Source: a virus
Taxonomy: Duplodnaviria; Caudoviricetes
Reading direction: 5' to 3' (one strand)
DNA length: 44,567 nucleotides
IMG/VR virus record: IMGVR_UViG_3300012921_000063
Span: 1 to 44,567 of that record
Part shown: positions 24,353-33,991 of the stretch, piece after piece
How the letters are laid out: each line of letters opens with the position of its first letter
How positions within the stretch are numbered: the stretch's first letter is position 1
Notes under the pieces: model-generated
What the model saw: only the letters and a program-made list of their open reading frames with translations
Told to the model about the DNA's origin: nothing
Database searches by the model: none
Program-made: the position numbers and the translations under genes

Positions 24353-25005
24353 AAACCAAATATTCCGCTCCGATTTTGGACATCAAGAAGCTTGGCGAGG
24401 ACGGGGAATTCACCGGCTACGGGTCCATTTTCGGCAACAAAGATGTTGGTGGCGATATTGTTGTTGCCGGCGCCTTCGCGAAGAGTCTCGCCGAACATCG
24501 CCAGAAGGGCACAACGGTCAAGATGTTCTGGCAGCACGACTCTCACCAGCCGATTGGGAAATGGCTCGACCTCGCTGAGGACGGCAAGGGCCTCTTCGTT
24601 CAAGGCAAGCTAAATATGGCCGTTCAACGTGCCCGCGAGGCACACGCCTTGCTTAAGGACGGTGACATCGACGGCCTTTCAATCGGTTACGGCGTCATTG
24701 ATTCCGAGCCAGACGAAAAGCGGGGCGCTCTGCTGCTCAAGCAGGTGAAGCTCTACGAGGTATCGGTCGTTTCCATGGCGATGAACGAACGCGCGCGTGT
24801 GGATACGGTCAAGGAGGCGTTGCTCAATGGCGAGCTGCCTACGCTACCAGAATTTGAGAGGTTCCTGCGCGAGGCTGGCTTCTCGAAAACCCAAGCTGCG
24901 GCCGTCGCCAGCCGTGGTTTGACGCACCTGCTCCGGAGCGAGTCCGAGGGCGAGAAGGCGACCGAACAGGCCGCGCAGTTCCTTCAGATGCTGAAGGCCG
25001 GCTGA
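24349..25005 (+). CDS. HK97-family prohead protease
   Basis: GDIVVAGAF, FWQHD, GLSIGY, LYEVSVV. Confidence 0.93.
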   Translation: MKTKYSAPILDIKKLGEDGEFTGYGSIFGNKDVGGDIVVAGAFAKSLAEHRQKGTTVKMFWQHDSHQPIGKWLDLAEDGKGLFVQGKLNMAVQRAREAHALLKDGDIDGLSIGYGVIDSEPDEKRGALLLKQVKLYEVSVVSMAMNERARVDTVKEALLNGELPTLPEFERFLREAGFSKTQAAAVASRGLTHLLRSESEGEKATEQAAQFLQMLKAG

Positions 25006-25037
25006 TCATCCTCTCTTAGTCCCGAAAGGACACTTCC

Positions 25038-26450
25038 ATGAAAATCAGCATCGTCTCGATGCTGGCGGTAGCCATGATTGCTGCCGTCGGCGTGGTCACT
25101 GCCGGCAGCGCTTATGCCGCGGCCGGCATCGTCAATCCCGGCGATCTTGCATCGCTCGCACCTTTCGCTGCCGTCGCAGCCGGCGGCATCGCGCGTCTTG
25201 CCTCGGGCATCGGGCCCAGGATCCTCTTCGACAAGCCGAACGACCAGGGCGTCGACATCGAGGCTCTGGCGAAGGAGGTGACGGAGAAGTTCAAGAAGTC
25301 CTTCGACGAGGTGAAGCAGATCGCCGAGAAGGCCGTTGCCGATGCCAAGAAGGGCATCGACATGGCCGAGGGCGAGAAGGCGAAAGCCGACGAGGCCCTG
25401 ATCAAGATGAACGGCCTGCAGGCGCAGGTGACCGAGATCGAGCAGAAGCTCGCGCGCAGCACCAAAGCCGAAGACGACAAGCCGAAGTCGTTCGGCGAGC
25501 AGTATGTCGAGAGCGAGGGCTTCAAGGCCTGGCAGGCCAGTGGCTTCTCGAAGAACGCCCGCGGCGCCGACCTGAAGATCAAGGCGACGCTGACGTCCGC
25601 GACGACCGATTCGGCGGGCTCCGTCGGCGATGCGATCAACGCGACGCGGCTTCCCGGCATCCTGCCGCTGCCGCAGCGCCGGCTGACGGTGCGCGACCTC
25701 ATCTCGCCCGGGCAGATGGACGGCAACTCGATCGAGTATGTGAAGGAGACCGGGTTCACCAATAGCGCGGCGCCCGTCGCCGAAGCCGCGGCCAAGCCGG
25801 AATCCGACCTGAAGTTCGATCTGATGACCACCTCGGCCAAGGTGATCGCGCACTGGATGAAGGCCTCGCGCCAGGTGCTGTCCGATATCGCGCAGCTCCG
25901 CTCGACAATCGACCAGCGCCTGCTCTACGGCCTCGCCTATGTCGAAGAGGCGCAGCTGCTCAACGGCGACAATACCGGCCAGAACCTGAACGGCATCGTC
26001 ACCCAAGCGACGGCCTATGCAGCACCGCTGGCGCTCGCCGATCTGAACAAGATCGACGTGCTGCGGCTCGCCATGCTGCAGGCAGCACTCGCCGAGTATC
26101 CGGCGACGGGCCACGTGCTGCACCCGACCGACTGGGCCGAGATCGAGACGCTGAAGGACAGTAACGGCCGCTACATCATCGGCAACCCGCAAGGATCGCT
26201 GATGAAGACGCTGTGGGGCCTGCCGGTCGTCGACACGCAGGCAATGAGCGTCGGCGAGTTCCTGACCGGCGCGTTCAAGCTCGGCGCGCAGCTCTTCGAC
26301 CGCTGGGAAGCCCGCGTCGAGGCAGGCTACGTGAACGACGACTTCATCAAGAACCTGGTGACGCTGCTCGCCGAGGAGCGGATCGCTCTGGCCGTCTATC
26401 GGCCGGAAGCCTTCATCACCGGCGACTTCGCTACCGCGCTCGCCGCCTGA
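25038..26450 (+). CDS. HK97-fold major capsid protein with a hydrophobic N-terminal extension
   Basis: Coiled-coil delta domain; RLTVRDLI, AEAAAKPES, EEAQLLNGD, LAEERIALAVYRPEAF. Confidence 0.95.
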   Translation: MKISIVSMLAVAMIAAVGVVTAGSAYAAAGIVNPGDLASLAPFAAVAAGGIARLASGIGPRILFDKPNDQGVDIEALAKEVTEKFKKSFDEVKQIAEKAVADAKKGIDMAEGEKAKADEALIKMNGLQAQVTEIEQKLARSTKAEDDKPKSFGEQYVESEGFKAWQASGFSKNARGADLKIKATLTSATTDSAGSVGDAINATRLPGILPLPQRRLTVRDLISPGQMDGNSIEYVKETGFTNSAAPVAEAAAKPESDLKFDLMTTSAKVIAHWMKASRQVLSDIAQLRSTIDQRLLYGLAYVEEAQLLNGDNTGQNLNGIVTQATAYAAPLALADLNKIDVLRLAMLQAALAEYPATGHVLHPTDWAEIETLKDSNGRYIIGNPQGSLMKTLWGLPVVDTQAMSVGEFLTGAFKLGAQLFDRWEARVEAGYVNDDFIKNLVTLLAEERIALAVYRPEAFITGDFATALAA

Positions 26451-26467
26451 GCGATCGGCTGATCAAG

Positions 26468-26491
26468 GGGAGCGGCGGCCTCGCCGCTCCC
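26468..26491 (+). terminator. GC hairpin after the capsid gene (terminator or mRNA stabiliser)
   Basis: gggagcggcg-gcct-cgccgctccc; weak U-tract. Confidence 0.5.
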
Positions 26492-26525
26492 TCTATGAGC
26501 CGATCCGCGAAAAGGAGAAGTCATC

Positions 26526-26750
26526 ATGGCGGAGAACAAGCGATACCGCGTGCTGCGGCGCCACCTTGGCGATCGCTACTACGAACCCGGCGAGTTCCGG
26601 GAAGGCACGGAGAAGGAGCTCGGGCACCTCGTGCCGCGTGTGCTCAAGGAAGAGCCGGCCGCCAAGGCCGAGCCTGCCGCTCCGCAGAACAAGGCCGAAG
26701 GCGCCGCTCCGGCGAACAAGGCCGCAAGGAAGGGCAAGGGCAAGCGGTAA
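26526..26750 (+). CDS. Small head-associated hypothetical protein
   Basis: AGGAG RBS; position after the capsid gene; Ala/Pro/Lys-rich tail. Confidence 0.75.
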   Translation: MAENKRYRVLRRHLGDRYYEPGEFREGTEKELGHLVPRVLKEEPAAKAEPAAPQNKAEGAAPANKAARKGKGKR

Positions 26751-26812
26751 GCGCCGAGCCTGCGTCCGACACAGGCGCGCGCCTCGCGCGCCGCAACATC
26801 GGAGAAAACCCC

Positions 26813-27190
26813 ATGATGAAGCGTTTCAAGGTCAACGTCACGACGGCGGCCGACGGCTCGGCGACAGCCTATACGCCGCGGCTGGCCGGCAAGCTCTTTG
26901 CCGTCCACTATGTGCCGCACGGCTCGACGCCGTTCGAGAACACCGTCGACGTGACGATCACGTCCGAGGCGACCGGACAATCGCTGGTCGCGCGCACCAA
27001 CGTCAGCGCGGCGTTCATCGCCAATCCGCGCGTGGCGACGGCGGACGCGGCCGGTACCGCCGCGCTGTTCGCCGCCGGCGGCACGGCCGTGCAGGACAAG
27101 ATCGCGCTGGCGAGCGACCGCATCAAGATCGTTCTCGCCCAGGGCGGCAACGCCAAGGTCGGCACGTTCCACTTCCTGGTCGAAGCCTGA
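26813..27190 (+). CDS. Beta-rich virion hypothetical protein
   Basis: GGAG RBS; MMKRFKVNVTTAADG. Confidence 0.7.
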   Translation: MMKRFKVNVTTAADGSATAYTPRLAGKLFAVHYVPHGSTPFENTVDVTITSEATGQSLVARTNVSAAFIANPRVATADAAGTAALFAAGGTAVQDKIALASDRIKIVLAQGGNAKVGTFHFLVEA

Positions 27191-27193
27191 GCG

Positions 27194-27760
27194 ATGCTTG
27201 CGCCCGTCCGAACCATTCCGCCGGCGGCGCCGGTCGTCACGCTGGAGGCTGCAAAGCAGCACCTGCGTGCCGACTTCGATGATGACGACGTCATCATCCA
27301 GGCGCTGATCGATGCGGCCGTCGACCATCTCGACGGCTACGGCGGAATTCTCGGACGGGCGCTCATCAACCAGACCTGGCGGCAGGATTTTGGCGGCTTC
27401 AGCTGCAAGCCGCTGCGGCTGCCGCTGGTGCCCGTCCTGAGCGATCCGACGGTCGCCTACTTCGATCAGAACAACGTCCAGCAGCCGCTGGCTTCCTCCC
27501 ATTGGCAGATGCTGACCGATTCCGGCGGGCCATATGTGGCGCTGAAGCCGGATCAGTCCTGGCCATCGTCCTATTCGCGCGCGGACGCGGTGAGCGTCAC
27601 CTTCGTCGCCGGCTACGGCGCGAGCACCGACGACGTCCCGCCCGCGCTGAAGGTGGCGGTGCTGACGCACGTGAAGATGCATTACGACCCGGCGAGCCGC
27701 GAGACCGTGCAGCCGCTCTTCGATGTGCTCGTCCGTCCTTACGTCCGCTTCCAACTCTAA
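27194..27760 (+). CDS. Head-tail connector (HK97 gp6-like)
   Basis: VTLEAAKQHLR, GRALINQTW, VTFVAGYG, VPPALK. Confidence 0.9.
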   Translation: MLAPVRTIPPAAPVVTLEAAKQHLRADFDDDDVIIQALIDAAVDHLDGYGGILGRALINQTWRQDFGGFSCKPLRLPLVPVLSDPTVAYFDQNNVQQPLASSHWQMLTDSGGPYVALKPDQSWPSSYSRADAVSVTFVAGYGASTDDVPPALKVAVLTHVKMHYDPASRETVQPLFDVLVRPYVRFQL

Positions 27761-27771
27761 GGAGACTTCCC

Positions 27772-28179
27772 ATGGCTGACATTTCGATCACCGCCGCGAA
27801 CGTCGTGAAGGGCGCCGGCGCAACCGTCGAGCAGGGGATTGCCGGCGCGGCCGTAACGGCCGGGCAATGGGTGTATCGCGATGCGAACGGCAAGTATCAG
27901 CTCGCCGACAGCAATTCCGGCACGGCGATCGCGCGCACGCCGCGCGGCGTGGCGCTGAACAATGCGGCAGCGAACCAGCCGCTGATGATCGCGCGGGCCG
28001 GGCCGGTCACGATCGGCGGCACGCTCACCGCCGGCGTCACCTACTACATGTCGGACACGCCCGGCGGCATGTGTCCGGTCGCGGATGTCGGGTCGGGCGA
28101 ATATTCCTGCATCCTCGGCATCGCGACCAGCGCTTCGGTGCTCGACATCGCGATCAAGGCGTCCGGCGTCGCGCTCTGA
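27772..28179 (+). CDS. Putative head decoration/fibre-like protein
   Basis: AAGGAG RBS; MADISITAANV...AGAAVTAGQWVY...GVALN. Confidence 0.65.
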   Translation: MADISITAANVVKGAGATVEQGIAGAAVTAGQWVYRDANGKYQLADSNSGTAIARTPRGVALNNAAANQPLMIARAGPVTIGGTLTAGVTYYMSDTPGGMCPVADVGSGEYSCILGIATSASVLDIAIKASGVAL

Positions 28180-28373
28180 TGCCCTGGATCCGGTTCACCG
28201 CCGATTTCGACTTCAAGCCGAAGGCGGCGGTGACGCTCGCGTATGTGGCGGGGCAGGAGAAGAACGTGACGCGCGAATGCGCGTCGCGCGCGGTGGCGGC
28301 CGGGAAGGCCGTCAGGATCAAGCGGACGGGCAAGCACGATGGCGAAGCGGCCGGCAGCCGGCAGCCTGACTGA
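28179..28373 (+). CDS. Small hypothetical protein
   Basis: TGATG-coupled MPWIRFTADFDF. Confidence 0.65.
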   Translation: MPWIRFTADFDFKPKAAVTLAYVAGQEKNVTRECASRAVAAGKAVRIKRTGKHDGEAAGSRQPD

Positions 28374-28686
28374 GCGCGTCGCGTTCGACGACCGGGTGCC
28401 GATCGACGACGGTGCCGGCAATACGCGCGGCGAGTGGCGGCAGCAGTTCGAGTGCTCGGCCGAGTTCCGCCATCAGGGCGGCTCGGAGAGCGTGCAGGCG
28501 GCGCGCCTCGAGGGACGGAACCTGATCGGCGTCTATGTCCGATCATCGATTGCCTCGCGCTCGCTCACCACGGACTGGCGCATGCGGGACGTGCGGCGCT
28601 CGACCGAATACGCGATCCGCCTGGTGGACGCGGTGACCGACCGGGAATTCGTCTATCTGCAGGTCGAGAAGGGCGTCGCCGCGTGA
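28339..28686 (+). CDS. Head closure / head-tail adaptor protein
   Basis: AGSLTERV, DDGAGN, ESVQAARLEG; position. Confidence 0.82.
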   Translation: MAKRPAAGSLTERVAFDDRVPIDDGAGNTRGEWRQQFECSAEFRHQGGSESVQAARLEGRNLIGVYVRSSIASRSLTTDWRMRDVRRSTEYAIRLVDAVTDREFVYLQVEKGVAA

Positions 28687-29126
28687 AGGCAAAGCTCAAG
28701 GGCGTCGAGGCGCTCAAGCAGAAGCTGGCGGCGCTGCCCAAGGTCGCCGTGGCCGAGATGCAGAAGGCCATGGAGCAAAGCGCCGACGAGATCGTCGCCA
28801 TGGCGCGCAACCTCGTGCCGGTCGACCAGGGCGCCCTACGCAGCAGCATCGGCTGGACGTGGGGCGATCCGCCGAAAGGCGCCATCGTGCTCGGCAAGGT
28901 GAAGCGCACGGCGCGGCAGCGCGCGACGCAGGAGGCCGGGCTGCTGATCACGATCTTCGCGGGCGACGACAAGGCGTTCTATGCACGCTGGGTCGAGTTC
29001 GGCACGACGAAGAGCGCGGCGCAGCCGTTCTTCTTTCCGAGCTACCGGGCGCTGCGGAAGCGGACGAAATCGAGGATCCGGCGGTCGCAGACGAAGGCGG
29101 CGAAGAAGGTGGCGCAGTCGCGATGA
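28683..29126 (+). CDS. HK97 gp10-family neck protein
   Basis: VPVDQGALRSSI, FYARWVEFGT, AQPFFFP. Confidence 0.88.
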   Translation: MKAKLKGVEALKQKLAALPKVAVAEMQKAMEQSADEIVAMARNLVPVDQGALRSSIGWTWGDPPKGAIVLGKVKRTARQRATQEAGLLITIFAGDDKAFYARWVEFGTTKSAAQPFFFPSYRALRKRTKSRIRRSQTKAAKKVAQSR

Positions 29127-29548
29127 GCTCTCCCGATTTCGAGCTGCAGGTCGCCATCGTCGCGCGGCTGAAGGCCGATGCCTTCGTCGCCGCGATCGTC
29201 GAGGATCGCGTCTTCGATTCCGTGCCGGAGGGGGCTCAGTTTCCGTATGTGTCGCTCGGCCCGACGGAAGAGCTGAGCGACGATGTCACCGCCGGCGGCG
29301 ATGGAACGGCGACCCTCAAGGGCTTCGAGATCACGCTGCAGATCGACTGCTGGTCGCGGGCGGTCGGTTCGACGGAGGCGAAGCGTCTGGCCGATACGGT
29401 GCGCAGCGCACTCGTCGGCGACCAGTTCGCGCTCAATGAAAATGCGCTCGTCTATTTCGAGCACCGCGTGACGCGGACCTTCCGCGATCCCGACGGGCTC
29501 ACTTCGCATGCCGCGCTGACGTTCGAAGCGTTCGCGGAACAACCCTGA
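29123..29548 (+). CDS. Tail terminator (DUF3168-like)
   Basis: LQVAIVARLKAD, RVFDSVP..AQFPYVSLG, QIDCWSR. Confidence 0.85.
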   Translation: MSSPDFELQVAIVARLKADAFVAAIVEDRVFDSVPEGAQFPYVSLGPTEELSDDVTAGGDGTATLKGFEITLQIDCWSRAVGSTEAKRLADTVRSALVGDQFALNENALVYFEHRVTRTFRDPDGLTSHAALTFEAFAEQP

Positions 29549-29573
29549 CGCCCTTCCAACAGGAGAAACCGAA

Positions 29574-30008
29574 ATGGCGCAGCCTACCACGATCAAGGGC
29601 GGCAAAGTCCGCGTGCTTCTCGACCTCGCCGGCGGCGGCGCCTACGCGTCGCCGTGCGGCTTCACCTCGCGCTCGCTGACGCTGTCGAAGGCGCTGAACG
29701 AGTTCTCGATCCCGGACTGCGCCGATCCTGACGCCGTCGACTGGCTCGGCCGAGACGCGGTCTCGCTGTCGATGTCGGTGAGCGGGGAGGGGGTGCTGGC
29801 CTCGGAGAGCGTCGAGGACTGGCTCGACGCCTGGCACAGCGTCGATTCCGTCCCGGCCAAGATCGAGATCGAATTCCCGGCGAAGACGATCACCTATACC
29901 GGGGCGATGCATGTCGAGAGCGTCGAGATCGGGGCGAACAACGGCCAGCGGGCCACGGCCAACATCTCAATGCAGTCTGATGGCGCCATGGTGAAGGTGG
30001 TCGCCTAA
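29574..30008 (+). CDS. Tail tube (major tail) protein
   Basis: AGGAG RBS; PCGFTSRS, PDCADPD, SVSGEGV, SMQSDG. Confidence 0.85.
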   Translation: MAQPTTIKGGKVRVLLDLAGGGAYASPCGFTSRSLTLSKALNEFSIPDCADPDAVDWLGRDAVSLSMSVSGEGVLASESVEDWLDAWHSVDSVPAKIEIEFPAKTITYTGAMHVESVEIGANNGQRATANISMQSDGAMVKVVA

Positions 30009-30009
30009 C

Positions 30010-30423
30010 ATGAGCCGGGACGCCAAGATCACGCTCGACTGGGCGAGCGGTAGCCATACCTTCAGGCTTGCTTGGGGGCAGTTGTCCGAGCTCCAGGAGA
30101 AGTGCGACGCGGGCCCCTACACCGTTCTGCAGAGGCTCTACCGCGGCGACTGGAAGATTGAGGATATCAGCAACGTCATTCGGCTCGGGCTGATCGGCGG
30201 CGGCATGGAGCCCGTCCCAGCACTGAAGCTCGTCCGCGGCTATGTCGAGGCGCGGCCGCCCATGGAAAGCCTCCAAACAGCGCAGGCAGTGCTGGCGGCG
30301 GCATGCATCGGGGCGCCCGACGAGGACGCCTCAAAAAAAGACGGAGCTCCGGCCGGCGGATCGATGACCTCCCCAACGGGAAGTTCCGGTTCGGAGCCAT
30401 CTACGGAGCTTGCGGACGTCTGA
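30010..30423 (+). CDS. Tail assembly chaperone (gpG-like, GTA-gp10 type)
   Basis: Between tail tube and TMP; ELQEKCDAGP, IRLGLIGGGM. Confidence 0.85.
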   Translation: MSRDAKITLDWASGSHTFRLAWGQLSELQEKCDAGPYTVLQRLYRGDWKIEDISNVIRLGLIGGGMEPVPALKLVRGYVEARPPMESLQTAQAVLAAACIGAPDEDASKKDGAPAGGSMTSPTGSSGSEPSTELADV

Positions 30424-30554
30424 ACATGACGCCGCAGCAGGTCGATCAAATGTCGATGTGGCAGTTTTTCGCGATGTTCGACGGCATGTCGGACGACAGT
30501 GAAAGCCTGACGGCCGAAGAGATTGACGAGTTGTGGGAGTGGGTGAGGGGCTAG
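30333..30554 (+). CDS. -1 frameshift extension of the chaperone (gpGT-like)
   Basis: Slippery A AAA AAA G at 30333-30340; the -1 frame reads ...FGAIYG..MTPQQVDQMSMWQFFA. Confidence 0.8.
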   Translation, partial: KKRRSSGRRIDDLPNGKFRFGAIYGACGRLNMTPQQVDQMSMWQFFAMFDGMSDDSESLTAEEIDELWEWVRG

Positions 30555-30793
30555 CCGTCCCCGAACAGGCTGTCTGGGAGACAGGTTATCGATCCGATGC
30601 CGAGGCTCTCACTGTGAACACCGAGCGCTTCAGCGATCTTCACGTGGTCACGCTTCAGGGCCTCACATTCGCTTTTAGATAGCCCTTTGGCCACTACGCG
30701 CTCCGAGTTACCGACCGCATGAACCAGGCGATAGGTCTCGGCAGCAGCCGACAGAGTTGCCGCGAGCACGGCGATCATCAGCACGTATTTCAC
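30551..30793 (-). CDS. Antisense moron: small exported protein
   Basis: GTG start with GGGAG RBS; signal peptide MKYVLMIAVLAATLSAAA; two Cys. Confidence 0.7.
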   Translation of the reverse strand: MKYVLMIAVLAATLSAAAETYRLVHAVGNSERVVAKGLSKSECEALKRDHVKIAEALGVHSESLGIGSITCLPDSLFGDG

Positions 30794-30809
30794 CAAGGAT
30801 GTCTCCCGA

Positions 30810-32822
30810 ATGGCAACTGATCTTGAGCGACTTGTCGTCCAGCTTGCTGCCGACATCAAGGGCTATGAGCGGGCGATGCAGAAGGCACAGGGCGTAACTG
30901 TTGCCCGCACGCGCGCGATCGAGAATCAGTTCGCGCGGTCGAACAAGGCCATTGCGACCAGCTTCGCCGGTCTCAGCCGAAGCTTTGCCGTCGCGTTCTC
31001 CGGCGGTTTGGCCGGTTCGGGTGTCCAGCAGCTGCTGGATTCGGCCACGCGCATCCGCAACGCGCTCAAGGTCATCGGTCTCGAAGGCGACGAGATGCGA
31101 AATGTCTATGATCGCCTCTTCGCCGCGGCGCAGAAGAACGCTGTTCCGGTCGAGAGCCTAGTCGGGCTATATTCCAAGCTTTCGCTGACACAGAAAGAGC
31201 TCGGCGTCACATCGTCCGATCTCGTCAAGTTCGTGAACAATGTGGCGCTCGCGCTGCGCGTCGGTGGAACCGACGCTAGTGCAGCGAGCGGAGCGCTGAT
31301 GCAGCTGTCCCAGGCGTTGGGTGGCGGCGTCGTTAGGGCGGAAGAGTTCAATTCGATCCTGGAAGGCGCCCCGACGATCGCGCAGGCGGCGGCGGCCGGA
31401 TTGGAGGATGCTGCCGGCAGCGTGGCGAAGCTGCGAACGCTCGTCGTCGACGGCAAGGTTTCCTCCGAGGCATTCTTCCGGGCTTTCGGGGCGGGTGCAA
31501 CCACGTTGGAGGATAAGGTTGCCGGAGCGGAGACTACACTCTCCGGCCAGTTCGTTCGCCTGCAGAATGTGTTGATCGATACAGCGACCAGATTCGATGA
31601 TCAGACCGATGCGACCCGCGCGCTTGGCAACATCATCGAGAAGACGCTTATCCCCGCCATTCAAGAGCTTGGTGAGATGTTCACATGGCTGGTGGATGGT
31701 CCGGCCGGCGACTTCTATCGATTCCTCGGCGATATCATCGACCGGATCGTCCAGATGTCGGCCGATCTCGGCAAGATGACCGGCCTCGATCAGATCGGAG
31801 GCAATCCCTACATCGGTCCGCGTCGAATTCAGGAGCGTATCGACACTGCCTTTGCCGGAACATCATACAGCACACCGCGCTCTGATCGGAAGCCGGCGGA
31901 AGTCGATGCCACGGACCCGAACTCGGTAATTAAGCGGGTCAGCCTTGCCGACTATCCCGTCTCCGGATCGGGCTCGGCAAACGGTAAGCGCAAACGGGAG
32001 GATGATCTTCAGCGCGAAATTCGCCAAATCCAAGAGCGTACGGCCGCGATCCAGGCAGAAACCGCCGCCATGGCAAGCCTCAATCCGTTGGTCAGCGACT
32101 ACGGCTTCGCTCTGGAAAAGGCGCGTGCCAAGCAAGATCTTCTCACTGCGGCCGAGAGGGCAGGCATCTCGCTCACGCCGGAGCTGCGCGGCAAGATCGA
32201 CGATCTCGCGACGGGCTATGCGCTGGCGTCAGTAGAAGCCGAGAAACTGGCTGAGAAGCAGGAAAGGGTGCGGGACGCTGCCCAAGAACTCAACGATCTC
32301 GGCCGCGACGTTTTCGGGGGCTTCATATCCGATTTGCGAGAGGGGACCAGCGCAGCCGAGGCTCTGTCCAATGCTCTCGGCAAGGTCGGGGACCGGCTGC
32401 TCGAGTGGGCGCTCGACGATCTGTTCGGCGGGGGCGGCAAGAACGGCGGCGGCATCTTCGGCAAGCTGCTGTCGAGCATCCTGCACCAGGGCGGCGTGGT
32501 CGGTCAGGGCGGCACTACCCGCAGCGTCAACCCTGCGGCCTTCGCTGGCGCCAAGCGCATGCATACCGGCGCCGCCATAGGGCTGCGGCCCGACGAGGTG
32601 CCTGCCATTGTGCAGAAGGGTGAGATCGTCCTGCCGAAGGGGTTCGGCCGCGGCAACGGACGCGGCGGCAACGCGTCGCCGACAGTCTACCACATCGACG
32701 CGCGCGGCGCGCAGCTCGGCGTCGGCGAAGAGATCAAGCGCGCGCTGACCGAATACGATCGCGGGCGCAAGGCTCGGCTCGCCGCCGACATTCCCGATCT
32801 CATGCGACGCGGTGCGCTCTGA
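30810..32822 (+). CDS. Tail tape measure protein
   Basis: MATDLERLVVQL; QLSQALGGGVVRAEEFNSILE tape-measure motif; C-terminal HxGG..DEVPAI. Confidence 0.92.
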   Translation: MATDLERLVVQLAADIKGYERAMQKAQGVTVARTRAIENQFARSNKAIATSFAGLSRSFAVAFSGGLAGSGVQQLLDSATRIRNALKVIGLEGDEMRNVYDRLFAAAQKNAVPVESLVGLYSKLSLTQKELGVTSSDLVKFVNNVALALRVGGTDASAASGALMQLSQALGGGVVRAEEFNSILEGAPTIAQAAAAGLEDAAGSVAKLRTLVVDGKVSSEAFFRAFGAGATTLEDKVAGAETTLSGQFVRLQNVLIDTATRFDDQTDATRALGNIIEKTLIPAIQELGEMFTWLVDGPAGDFYRFLGDIIDRIVQMSADLGKMTGLDQIGGNPYIGPRRIQERIDTAFAGTSYSTPRSDRKPAEVDATDPNSVIKRVSLADYPVSGSGSANGKRKREDDLQREIRQIQERTAAIQAETAAMASLNPLVSDYGFALEKARAKQDLLTAAERAGISLTPELRGKIDDLATGYALASVEAEKLAEKQERVRDAAQELNDLGRDVFGGFISDLREGTSAAEALSNALGKVGDRLLEWALDDLFGGGGKNGGGIFGKLLSSILHQGGVVGQGGTTRSVNPAAFAGAKRMHTGAAIGLRPDEVPAIVQKGEIVLPKGFGRGNGRGGNASPTVYHIDARGAQLGVGEEIKRALTEYDRGRKARLAADIPDLMRRGAL

Positions 32823-33424
32823 TGGCCGTCAGCCTGCCCGACGTCGCCTTCCAGATCACGTTTCCGGAAGTCGTCGATCAGATATCCGTGTCCGGCGCCG
32901 GCAACGTCGTGGCGGTCGTGGAGTATGGCGATCCGTTCTGGCGGCAGGATATGCGCACGAAGCCGCTACGGGCGTCGCAGCGCCTCCAGGTCGAGGCCTT
33001 CCGGGACGCTTGCCGGGGCGGTCTCATCACAGTGCACTACACGCCTCGGATGTGCGTGCCGAAGGCTTATTGGGGCGACGCGGGCGCATCGGTGCTCGGC
33101 AACAACGGCGCGCTTGCCTCGAAATCGGGCTACGACGTCACGGTCAACAGCGTCGACAACGGCCTTGTGCTTTCGCCAGGCGATCTCATCTCGTTCACGA
33201 CGGGCGACTACAACTGGATGGCCCGCGTCAACGTGGGCGGCACGTCGTCGGGCAACGCCATCAGCCTTACGCTCAACATGCCCGCGCCGTCGTTCATCCA
33301 GACGGGCGCCGTGGTCCGCTTCAAAGACATCATCGCCAACATGCGGATGCTGCCGGGCTCGTTCGACATGCCGGACGAGCCGTTGCCCGTTGCCTCCTTC
33401 ACGCTGTTCCAGGTGCCGAAATGA
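32822..33424 (+). CDS. Distal tail-type protein
   Basis: Position directly after TMP; TGATG-coupled. Confidence 0.65.
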   Translation: MAVSLPDVAFQITFPEVVDQISVSGAGNVVAVVEYGDPFWRQDMRTKPLRASQRLQVEAFRDACRGGLITVHYTPRMCVPKAYWGDAGASVLGNNGALASKSGYDVTVNSVDNGLVLSPGDLISFTTGDYNWMARVNVGGTSSGNAISLTLNMPAPSFIQTGAVVRFKDIIANMRMLPGSFDMPDEPLPVASFTLFQVPK

Positions 33425-33987
33425 CCTTTCCCAGCGAGCTGCAGACGCTGATCGACGAAGGACGCTTCGCGGTGCGCGGCCTGATCCAGTTCCGTTTCGG
33501 CGGCGGCACGAAAGGTGTTTGGAACGGCCCGGACTATTTCGAACACGAGGGCGTCACCTACAAGCCGAACAGCCTGATCTCTGTCCAGGACATCGCCGCC
33601 GGCCTCGGTACCGCGGCAGCCCCCATCACGATCGAGATGCCGGCGAGTGCCGACTTCGGGCTGACGCCGGACATGCTCGCGAACATCGAGAGCGAGGAAT
33701 ACAAGGGCCGCACCGTCCTGATCGGCGACGCCTACTTCCATCCCGACACGCGCGAGCTGCTGCACGTCGAATGGAACTACGAGGGCCGCATCGACACGAT
33801 CGACCATGTGGTCGAAAGCGGGACGATGCGGCTCGTCGCCAATGTCGAGACGCGGGCGCTCGACAACCACCGCGACGGCTACCGCATGGCCTCGCACGAG
33901 GATCAGCAGCTCGTGTCGCCCGGCGACATGTTTTTCGAGCACGCGGCGAAGGTGCCGTTCGAAACCTTCCCGATCACTCTGGGCTGA
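33421..33987 (+). CDS. Minor tail / hub protein
   Basis: ATGA start MTFPSEL; DQQLVSPGDMFF. Confidence 0.7.
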   Translation: MTFPSELQTLIDEGRFAVRGLIQFRFGGGTKGVWNGPDYFEHEGVTYKPNSLISVQDIAAGLGTAAAPITIEMPASADFGLTPDMLANIESEEYKGRTVLIGDAYFHPDTRELLHVEWNYEGRIDTIDHVVESGTMRLVANVETRALDNHRDGYRMASHEDQQLVSPGDMFFEHAAKVPFETFPITLG

Positions 33988-33991
33988 GACG

